A stretch of DNA of 32,000 nt, taken from the NCBI RefSeq assembly GCF_003945235.1, contig NZ_RSDW01000001.1, positions 1,080,001 to 1,112,000 on the forward strand. Direction: 5' to 3'. Shown here one piece after another: positions 1 to 8,000 of the stretch. The number at the start of each line of letters is the position of its first letter. Positions within the stretch are counted from its first letter, which is position 1. The translations under genes and the position numbers were made by a program. The notes beneath the pieces were generated by a model. That model was not told where the DNA came from and did no database searches. It was given only the letters and a program-made list of their open reading frames with translations. The DNA is from Edaphobacter aggregans (lineage in GTDB: Bacteria > Acidobacteriota > Terriglobia > Terriglobales > Acidobacteriaceae).

Positions 1-240
1 GGTCTGGATATCGGCGGGGATGGTGCCGAGGAAGACGAGGAGAGCGACTGTGACCGAGATGTGCATCCAGAGCATGCGCTTCTTTGAGTCCTCCGTGTTG
101 GCCATAACGCCGAAGAAGACGAAGAAGGCGCCAATGACGCACGGGATAAGCGCGGTAGGGTGGGCGCTGCCGGTGTAGACGAAACCGGCGATGCCGAGAA
201 GGGCGAGAAGGACGCCGAAGCCGATGGTGAGTTTTGCCAT
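1..240 (-). CDS. small hydrophobic membrane protein, N-terminal part (gene continues past the left edge)
   Basis: Absent from the ORF track because it runs off the edge. Minus-strand ATG at 240-238 with AAGGAG (256-251) 10 nt upstream. My translation is MAKLTIGFGVLLALLGIAGFVYTGSAHPTALIPCVIGAFFVFFGVMANTEDSKKRMLWMHISVTVALLVFLGTIPADIQT. The frame is open to position 1, is strongly G/C at codon position 3, and contains several hydrophobic helices. Confidence 0.6.
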   Translation of the reverse strand, partial: MAKLTIGFGVLLALLGIAGFVYTGSAHPTALIPCVIGAFFVFFGVMANTEDSKKRMLWMHISVTVALLVFLGTIPADIQT

Positions 241-335
241 GATGCAGTGACTCCTTTGGGTGAAGGATCAGGATACTTGATGATGGGGTCGACCGCGGAT
301 CAGTGCGGATAGGCGTGGATGGGAGGCGAAAAGGC

Positions 336-931
336 TTAACAGCGATTTTCACCGATGACACCGATGGGGTTGGTGGGTTTTCTGCGGTGGCTTGTAGGGT
401 GGGGAGGATTTGGGGTTTGGGTTGTGGTTTGGGTTCTTGGGTGGGTTGGTCCTGGGCGAACTGGTCGAGGAGTTGGCGCATGATGCTCTTGGGGCGGCCA
501 GCGGCGGTGTCCTGGTCGTACTCGGATAGAGGGGCGAGGAGGCCTTGTTCGGGGTCGGTGGTGATGTCTTCGATGGGGGTGGCTTGGGTTGCGTAAGGGT
601 CTTGGCTTTTGCGGGCGGGTTTGGGGTCGCGGGGCAGGTTGGTGCTGGCGATCTGCAGGCCGTAGAGGAGGAGGCCGGCGCGGCGGGGGTCGATTTCGTT
701 GCGGGCGATGCGGCGGAGGACTTCGCCGATGGAGAGTTGGATGGCGGCGCGGTCTTCGGGCATGGGGAGGTCGAAGAGGGCGGTGCGGGCGGGGCGTTGG
801 CGTGGATCCTGGACCGGGCGGCGGGTGGTGTGGTGGTAGTAGCAGAAGTCTTCTCCGCGCAGGCATGGGCTGCCGCAGCGGTGGCCGTCGGTGAAGATGT
901 GGCGGCATTGGTAGCGTTTTGGTTCGGTCAT
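336..931 (-). CDS. Cys/His-rich hypothetical protein (zinc-ribbon-like N-terminus); 3' end unresolved
   Basis: ATG at 931-929 with GGGGGGAG about 9 nt upstream. Hand translation: MTEPKRYQCRHIFTDGHRCGSPCLRGEDFCYYHHTTRRPVQDPRQRPARTALFDLPMPEDRAAIQLSIGEVLRRIARNEIDPRRAGLLLYGLQIAS... Third-position G/C is strong down to about 375. This frame has no stop codon anywhere down to position 2. The listed end (336) is the TAA of the neighbouring frame (track ORF 336..908). See the finding. Confidence 0.6.
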
Positions 932-1021
932 GATGGGTACTCCCCCCTGGTGGACGTAAGGCCTCAAAGTCTTCTAACGAAATGGTTTAGGTCTGGACTT
1001 CTGGTCTGTGGGTTAAATGCG

Positions 1022-1058
1022 AAGAGCCCCCGGCTTTCGCCTGAGGGCTCTTTTTGTG
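1022..1058. terminator. GC-rich hairpin with a T-tract on the plus strand (terminator-like, orientation ambiguous)
   Basis: AAGAGCCC (1022-1029) pairs perfectly with GGGCTCTT (1045-1052), with an inner GGC/GCC pair around a TTTC loop. It is followed by TTTTTGTG on the plus strand. On the minus strand the 3' flank is TTCGCATTTAA, a poor U-tract. It lies about 240 nt downstream of the minus-strand SCO gene stop. Confidence 0.35.
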
Positions 1059-1212
1059 TCTAGTTCTATTTTAGCGGGTGGAGGGGAATGATTAGGCACG
1101 GGGATGTGCTTTTAAATGTGCGAGATAAGTGGGTTGGGGGCTTGACAAGGTTTTGGGCGGGGACAGGAAGGCATACCCCAGGGGCTGAAGCCTTGGGGTA
1201 CCTCGATGCAAC

Positions 1213-1297
1213 GGCAACTACAAATGCAACGGCAGATCCCCACGGGGATGACAAATAAGAAAGGCCACAGCAACAACAGCGACAAACAGTAACGGCG
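1213..1297. repeat. CAAC-rich intergenic repeat, copy A (short core)
   Basis: Shares with 8705-8830, in the same order and orientation: GGCAACT, GCAACG, CAGATCCCC (1233-1241), GGATGACAA (1246-1254), a GAAAG block and a CAAC/ACAAAC-rich tail. It abuts the stop codon (1300) of the SCO gene. Confidence 0.55.
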
Positions 1298-1299
1298 GG

Positions 1300-2196
1300 T
1301 TAGCTGGCGGCTAGTTTTTTGATTTGGGCTACGAGGTCGGCGGGTTGCCAGTCGTTGGTGGGGTACCAGGCGGCTACTTTGCCGTCTTTGCCGATGATGA
1401 TGGTGGAGAGGGAGTGGGTGAGGGATTTGGCGTCACCGGGGGTGATGCCTACATTGAAGAACTGGGTGACGGCGGGGAGGTCTTTTTCGGACGGGGCGGC
1501 GAAGTCCCAGTGCTTGAAGGTCTCGGTGGTGTAGTTGCCGGTGTAGGCTCCGCCGTAGCTGCGGAGGACTTTTGGGGTGTCGTAGGTGGGGTCGAAGGAG
1601 ATGCTGAGGAGGTGGGTTTTGGCGTAGAGGTCGGGGTCGGCCTGGAGGGCTTTGTCGATCTCGGCGAAGTTGCGGGACATGCGGGGGCAGTAATCGGCTA
1701 GTGGGCAGCGGGTGTAGACGAAGGTGGCGACGAGAACTTTGCCTTTGAACTGCGAGAGGTGGAGGGTGCGGTCGCTTTGGTTGAGGAGGGCGAAGTTGGG
1801 GACGGCGTCTCCGGCTTGAGGGACGTGGTACTGGACGGCGGGCTTGTAGTCGGGACGGCCCTGGGCTATGACGACGATGTTGTCGAGGAGGACGTCGCGG
1901 AATTCGGCACCGTCGGCGGTGGCGAGGATGGTGGCGGTGATGAGGTCGCCGGGGTGGAGCTCGCTGACGACGGAAGGGTCTTTGAGCTTGTAGGGCATGG
2001 TCATGGCGTCCATGAAGCCGGGGACGGCCTCGTGGTCGAGGGTGACATGGGTGGCGTCAGTGGCGATGATTTTGCCGCGGACGGGGAAGGCCTTGGTGGG
2101 AGATGTGGCGGCTGCAGGTGTGGTGGATTGGCGGCAGCCCTGAATGGAGAAGATGGAGAGGGCAAAGAGGATCAGGGCGAGAGGCTTGCGGGGCAC
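1300..2196 (-). CDS. lipoprotein fusing a CusF-like copper-binding domain to an SCO1/SenC thioredoxin-fold domain
   Basis: 298-aa ORF with GTG start at 2196 and AGAGGAG upstream. Signal peptide plus Cys (..FSIQGC). N-terminal motif TLDHEAVPGFMDAMTMPYKL resembles CusF. The C-terminal half resembles SCO (FVYTRCPLADYCPRMS..., H in LTHSL). Confidence 0.85.
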   Translation of the reverse strand: MPRKPLALILFALSIFSIQGCRQSTTPAAATSPTKAFPVRGKIIATDATHVTLDHEAVPGFMDAMTMPYKLKDPSVVSELHPGDLITATILATADGAEFRDVLLDNIVVIAQGRPDYKPAVQYHVPQAGDAVPNFALLNQSDRTLHLSQFKGKVLVATFVYTRCPLADYCPRMSRNFAEIDKALQADPDLYAKTHLLSISFDPTYDTPKVLRSYGGAYTGNYTTETFKHWDFAAPSEKDLPAVTQFFNVGITPGDAKSLTHSLSTIIIGKDGKVAAWYPTNDWQPADLVAQIKKLAAS

Positions 2197-2298
2197 GAGT
2201 TACTCCTCTTTTGATGATAACGGGTGGGGGCATGAGACTGTGTTTTGTGGGGAAAGGGGACGGTTTTTTCAGAGCCGCGGCGGGCGTATAACCGAGAG

Positions 2299-5010
2299 AT
2301 GGATATGGGTCTGCCGGTCGGGATTGCTGAGGCGCTGGAGCGGGGCGCGACCGTGGTTACGGGGAATCAGCGGGCGGCGCGAGAGCTGCGGCAGGCGGTG
2401 GATCGGCGGAATCGGGCGCGGGGGATGGCGAGTTGGCGGCCTGCGGCGGTGATGGCCTGGGATACGTGGACGGCTGGGCTTTGGCGGGAGCTGGTTGTCG
2501 AGGGGCGTGTCTCGGAGATTGTGCTTAACCGGACGCAGGAACATGCGGTGTGGAAGCTGGTCCTAGAGGCGGAGGAAGAGCTGGCTACGCTGCGGTCGGT
2601 GGAATCGCTGGCAGAGATGGCGATGGAGGCGTGGAAGCTGCTTTGCGCTTACAACGGCGAGAGGCGGCTGCAGAACGCGGCGGTGAGTGATGATTCGCGG
2701 GCGTTTCGGCGGTGGGCTCGGACGTTTGAGCGGGTGTGTGGGGCGGAGAGGTTTCTGGCACAGGCTCAGGTTGAGGGGGTTCTGCGGCGGGCGGTGGGCG
2801 AGGGTTGGATTTCGGGGGTGGGTGGGGAGATTGTGCTGGTGGGGTTCGATCGGCTGACTCCTGCTCAGATGGGTTTAGTGGAGGCTTTGCGCGGGGTCGG
2901 GGTGGTGGTTGAGGAGATGCGGCTTTCGGTGGGGGAGAGTGCTTCGCGGATGCTGATTGGTGCGGGGGATGAGCGGGAGGAGTTGTCTGTTGCTGCTCGG
3001 TGGGTACGGGGGGTGTTGGAGGAGAGGCCGGGGGCGCGGGTTGCGGTGGTTGTTCCGGGGCTGGAGGATCGGCGGGCGGAGATCGATAGGGTGTTTCGTG
3101 AGGTGCTGGCTCCGGAGTTGGAGGATATTGCGGCGCGGGAGGATGGTGCGCCGTATGAGTTTTCGGTGGGGAGGGCTCTGGCGGGTGTGCCGATGATGGC
3201 GGTGGCGCTGGATCTGCTTCGGTGGGCTGTGGGGGCGTTGCCGCTGGAGCGGGTGAGTGGGCTGCTGCTCTCTCCTTACTTTGGGATGGTGGAGGAGGAG
3301 CGCGGAGCTCGTGCGGCGTTTGATGCGTTTGAACTGCGGAAAGCCAGGATGCTGCGACCGGAGATTTCGCTGGAGTGGCTGATTGTTCAGATGGCGAGAG
3401 CCAGGCGGCGTGGGGTGTTGACGGGATTGCTGGGAAGGCTGCGGGCGATGCGGGTTGTAGCGGCGACTCGCCTTGCGGGAGATGTGGAGCGAACGCATGC
3501 GGAGTGGACGGTGCGCATTGGGGAGTTGCTAGAGGCTGCGGGTTGGGGTGCGCGTGAGGAGGATAGCGTTGCGTTTCAGACGCGGAGGAAGTGGGAGAGT
3601 GCGCTGGATGAGTTGGTGACGGCGGACTTCGATGGGGTGAAGGTCGGGTTTGGGAAGGCGTTGGAGGAGTTGGAGTGGATTGCTCGGCATACGATGTTTG
3701 CGCCGGAGTCGCGGGATGCTCCGGTGCAGGTGATGGGGCCTCTGGAAGCTGCGGGGAGCACTTTTGATGCGCTTTGGTTTTTGGGTGTGGGAGATTTGAG
3801 CTGGCCGATGGCGGCGCGGGGTAGTTCCCTGCTACCGTGGCAGTTGCAGCGGGAGATGGGCGTGCCGGGAACGGATGTGGCTCGGGATGCTGAGGACGCT
3901 CGGCGGATGACGGAGAGGATTGCCTGGAGTGCGGGAGCGGTGGTCTTTAGTTATGCGAAGGAGACTGCGGAGGGACGACAGCGGCCTTCGCCTGCGCTGG
4001 TGGGGTTGGGGCTTGAGAGTAGAAGTGCGGCGGGGCTTGTGCATGAGGATGCAGCGCGGACAAGTGTGTCGCTGGAGGAGATTGAGGATGGGGCTGGGGT
4101 GATGCCGTTGCCGGATAGGGTGGTGCATGGCGGGGCGCGGATTTTGGAGCTGCAGGCGGACTGCGGGTTTCGTGCGTTTGCGGAGCGGAGGTTGTGGTCG
4201 GCAGAGCTTGAGAGTGTCGACCTCGGATTAGATGCAAGAGAGAACGGCACTGTGGTGCATACGGCGCTGGAGCTGTTCTGGAATGAGATGCGGACGCAGG
4301 CGGCTCTGAAGGCGATGCCGTGGGAGGAACGGGAGAGACTGCTTCGCGAGTGTATCGAGTCGGCTTTGAGCAGAGCGGATTCGGTGAGCGTGACGGCATG
4401 GGATGCGGCGTATCTCGATATGCAACGAGAGCGGTTGCAGCGGCTTTTGCGGCAGTGGCTTGACCTGGAGATGCGGCGGCCTCCGTTCGAGGTGAAGCTG
4501 AGTGAGAGGAAACTGGATGATGCGCGAATTGGGCCGCTGCGGCTGAGTGTTCGTGTGGATCGGGTGGATGTAGTGGATGGGGCTGAGCTGATCATTGATT
4601 ACAAGACGGGGCATGCGACGCCGAATGAGTGGTTGACGGAGCGGCCTGATTCACCGCAGCTGCCGCTGTATGCGGTGCTGTCGGCGGGGCCGGAGATGCA
4701 GGGGGTTGCGTTTGGGCTGGTGCGCGCCGGAAAGAACATGGAGTTGAAGGGATATGCGGGGCGGGATGGGATTCTGGCGAAGGCCGCGAAGATGAGGCTC
4801 CCGCTGGAGGCCCAGGTGGATGAGTGGCGGAGAGTGTTGGTGCAGCTGGCCACGGAGTTTCAGGAAGGGCAGGCGCGGGTTTCGCCGAAGAGGTATCCGG
4901 CTACTTGTAAGCATTGTGCGCAGCGGGTGCTTTGCAGGCTGGATGTTTCGGCGCTGGAAGAGGAGTTGGAGGAGAGCGACGGATCGGCGGCGGAGGTGGG
5001 GCATGGCTGA
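2299..5010 (+). CDS. AddB-like PD-(D/E)XK nuclease subunit of a helicase-nuclease complex
   Basis: The track ORF starts at TTG 2245; I prefer ATG 2299 (GAGAG just upstream). I saw no Walker A. The C-terminal nuclease motif is ..ELIIDYKTG.., bracketed by Cys in ELQADCGF and C-x2-C-x5-C (CKHCAQRVLC), the AddB-type Fe-S arrangement. The stop overlaps the next start (ATGGCTGA, 5003-5010). Confidence 0.85.
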   Translation: MDMGLPVGIAEALERGATVVTGNQRAARELRQAVDRRNRARGMASWRPAAVMAWDTWTAGLWRELVVEGRVSEIVLNRTQEHAVWKLVLEAEEELATLRSVESLAEMAMEAWKLLCAYNGERRLQNAAVSDDSRAFRRWARTFERVCGAERFLAQAQVEGVLRRAVGEGWISGVGGEIVLVGFDRLTPAQMGLVEALRGVGVVVEEMRLSVGESASRMLIGAGDEREELSVAARWVRGVLEERPGARVAVVVPGLEDRRAEIDRVFREVLAPELEDIAAREDGAPYEFSVGRALAGVPMMAVALDLLRWAVGALPLERVSGLLLSPYFGMVEEERGARAAFDAFELRKARMLRPEISLEWLIVQMARARRRGVLTGLLGRLRAMRVVAATRLAGDVERTHAEWTVRIGELLEAAGWGAREEDSVAFQTRRKWESALDELVTADFDGVKVGFGKALEELEWIARHTMFAPESRDAPVQVMGPLEAAGSTFDALWFLGVGDLSWPMAARGSSLLPWQLQREMGVPGTDVARDAEDARRMTERIAWSAGAVVFSYAKETAEGRQRPSPALVGLGLESRSAAGLVHEDAARTSVSLEEIEDGAGVMPLPDRVVHGGARILELQADCGFRAFAERRLWSAELESVDLGLDARENGTVVHTALELFWNEMRTQAALKAMPWEERERLLRECIESALSRADSVSVTAWDAAYLDMQRERLQRLLRQWLDLEMRRPPFEVKLSERKLDDARIGPLRLSVRVDRVDVVDGAELIIDYKTGHATPNEWLTERPDSPQLPLYAVLSAGPEMQGVAFGLVRAGKNMELKGYAGRDGILAKAAKMRLPLEAQVDEWRRVLVQLATEFQEGQARVSPKRYPATCKHCAQRVLCRLDVSALEEELEESDGSAAEVGHG

Positions 5011-8000
5011 TCTTTTTGTTGTGCCATCGGCTTTGCCGGTTGAGAGAAGTGATCGCAGGCCGCCGGATTGGGAGGCTCGGGAGCAGGCGCTGGATACGCG
5101 GCAGTCGTGGATTGTGGAGGCTCCTGCGGGGTCGGGTAAGACGGGGCTGCTGATTCAGCGGTATCTGAAGTTGCTGGCCGAGGAGAGTGTGGAGAGGCCA
5201 GAGCAGGTGCTGGCCATCACGTTTACGGTGAAGGCTACGGCGGAGATTCGCGAGCGGGTGATGGGGCATCTCGAGAGCGCTGCTCGTGGGGAGGCGCTGA
5301 AGCGGGATAGTGAGGTGGAGCGGGAGACTCGGGCGCTGGCAGAGGCGGTGTTGCAACGGGATCGTGCGCTGGGTTGGGGGTTGCGGGATGATCCGCGACG
5401 GTTGAGGGTACGGACGATTGATTCGGTTTGCGCGGAGATTGCGCGGTCGCTGCCGGTGTTGTCGGAGGGAGCTAGCGGGTGGGCTCCGGTGAATGATGCT
5501 TCGCCGCTTTATCGCGAGGCGGCGCGGCGGACGCTGATGTTGCTGGGTGGGGAGGATCCTGAGCTGAACGATGCGCTGCGGACGGTGCTGCTGCATCGCG
5601 ATGGGAGTTTGGGGGAATGTGAGCGGTTGCTGGCGGAGATGCTGCAACTGCGGGATCAGTGGGGCGAGATTGTTCCGCGTGGACGGGAGTATCTGGATGA
5701 TGCGTATCTGGATGGAACCGTGCTGCCGTGGCTGGAGAGCACGCTGGAGCAGGCGGTGTGCGCGGGTTTGACGGAGTTTGCCGCGGTGATGCCGGAGGAT
5801 TTTTTGCGAGAGGTTGCGTCGCTGGCTGCATCGCTTGCGGGAAATGTGCCGCATGGGCGTGATCGCTCGCCGGTTGCGGTGTGTGCGGGGAGAGTGGGGA
5901 TTCCGGGGACGGATGCGGCGGCGCTGGAGCAGTGGCGGGCGCTGATTCATTTGATGGTGACTCCGTCGAGCGGGCAGTGGCGGCGGGGGTTTGCTAAGAA
6001 CACGATGGGCTTCGAGATGTCCCCGGCGGAGAAGGCGAGGTTGAGGCGGGTGCTGGAGCAGGTTGCTGGGCGGGACGATTTGTTGTGGGCGATCGAACGT
6101 GTGAGCAGGCTGCCGCCGGCGCGGTATCCGAAGGAGCAGTGGGTGGTGGCTAAGGCGCTGTTTCGTGTGCTGAGCCGTGGGTTGGTGGAGTTGCAACTGG
6201 TGTTTGCGGAGCGAGGGGAGTGTGACTTTGCGGAGTTGGCACTCTTGGCCAAGGGTGCGTTGCGACGGGGAGGAGTGGAGGCGCTGACGCTGGGGTCGGG
6301 ATTTGAGCTGCGGCATCTATTGGTGGACGAGATGCAGGATACTTCGACGGGCCAGTATGAGTTGATTGAGTTGCTGACGCAGGGGTGGGATGGGCGGAGC
6401 CAGACGGTGTTTCTGGTGGGCGATCCGAAGCAGTCGATTTATCTGTTTCGGCAGGCGCGGGTGGAGCGGTTTGTGAGGACGATGCAGACGGGGCGGCTGG
6501 GGGAGTTGCCGGTGGGGTGTCTGCGTCTGACGGCGAATTTTCGGTCGCAGCGGGAGTTGGTGGAGGAGTTCAATGAGGACTTCTCGCTGCTATTTCCGAG
6601 AGAGGTGGATGCGGCGAATCCGGAAGAGGTTCCGTATGCGTATGCGGTTGCGGTGAATGGGCCTTCGGGTGTCGTGGGTGGGGCGCGGGGATTTGTTTGG
6701 CATACGGAGGTGCTGACGGCTGGCGAGGGGGTGCAGGGGAAGCGGCGAGTCGCGAAACAGACTGCGAGGATGGTGCGGCAGATTGCTGCGGAGTGGCGGG
6801 CGCGGCCGTTGCCTGAGGGCAGAAACGATCCGTGGAAGATTGCTGTGCTGGTGCGCAGCCGGAATCATTTGATTGATATTGTTTCGGAGCTGAAGCGAGA
6901 TGAGGGTGCGGGCGCGATTCCTTTTCGCGCGGTGGATATTGAGCCTCTGGATGAGCGACAGGAGGTGCTGGATCTTTTTGCGTTGACGCGGGCGCTGCTG
7001 CATCCGGCGGATCGTACGGCTTGGATGGCGATGCTGCGGGCTCCCTGGTGTGGGCTGGAGTTGGCGGAGCTGCATGTGCTGGCTGGGGCGGATGATGACG
7101 GGTGGAAGGAATGGACTGTTGAAGATTTGATGGCCGAGCGAGGGCATCTGCTGAGCGAGGAAAGTTGTGCGAGGCTGCAGCGGATTTGGCCGGTGCTGCG
7201 TGCGGCGGAGGGGCAGAGGTCTCGGGTGACGATGGCGCAGTGGGTGGAGCGGACGTGGCGTTCGTTGGGGGGCGATGCTTATCTGACGGCAGAGGAGATG
7301 GGGAATGCGCGACGGTATCTGGAGCTGCTGGATGAGATGGAGGAGTCGGGTGGAGGAATTGATTTGACTCTGCTGAAGCGGCGGCTGAATGGGCTGTTTG
7401 CGGAGGCGGCGATGTGTGCGGGTGCGGTGGATCTGATGACGATCCATGGGGCGAAAGGGTTGGAGTGGGATGTGGTGATGGTTCCGGGGCTTGAGAAGAA
7501 AGCTGCGGGCAATAAAGGGCGGTTGCTGACGTGGAGCGAGATTGGGGATGGAGATGGCGACGCGGCACATGTTTTGCTGGCTCCGATTGCGGGTAAGGGC
7601 GAGGAGTCGAAGGAACTGAATGCGTGGCTGAAGGGGATTCATGATGCTCGGGAGGCTGCGGAGAGGAACCGGCTGTTCTATGTTGCCTGTACGCGGGCTC
7701 GGGAGGAGCTCCATCTTTTCGCTTCACCTGAGGCTAAGGCGGATGGGTCGGTGAGTCGGGCTGCCGGGAGTCTGCTGGCGGCTGCGTGGCCTGCGGCGGA
7801 GAGGCGTTTTGATGCGCCCCGGGGTGAGGTGCTTGCTATGCCGGGTATGCCTGTGGTGGTGGATGAGTTTGTGGGGGATTTGGCTGCTGGTGGGGTTGAG
7901 CGTGCGGGTGCCCGGCTTCAGCGACTGCCTTTGGGATTTGCTGCGGGCGATAGGTTTGCCGGGGTTCGGCGGCTGTCGTATGGGGAGGCTGGGGTTTCGA

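Noticed and set aside
1088-1261. 57-codon plus-strand ORF (MIRHGDVLLNVRDKW...ADPHGDDK*) preceded by GGTGGAGGGGA, spanning repeat copy A
   Set aside because: Third-position G/C is low, unlike every real gene here. The corresponding frame in repeat copy B is not conserved, because the 25-nt core length difference (not a multiple of three) between the copies shifts the frame. The GGAGG is probably coincidental.
2197-2298. Search for a LexA-type box (GTTC-N7-GTTC or GAAC-N7-GAAC) upstream of the AddB-like gene
   Set aside because: No match was seen in the divergent promoter region, so there is no sequence evidence for SOS control.
4820-5002. 61-codon N-terminal extension of the AddA-like ORF
   Set aside because: It is Arg/Trp/Gly-rich (MSGGECWCSWPRSFRKGRRGFRRRG...) and lies entirely inside the AddB-like coding region. 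ATG 5003 gives a start/stop overlap (ATGGCTGA) and a sensible helicase N-terminus.
4901-7727. Very long minus-strand ORFs (471 aa at 4901..6316; 385 and 374 aa at 6570..7727) antisense to the AddA-like gene
   Set aside because: Their products are Pro/Arg/His/Gln-rich and low in complexity, with no recognisable motifs. They lie exactly opposite a gene with a full helicase motif set. Stop-poor antisense frames are expected at this GC content.
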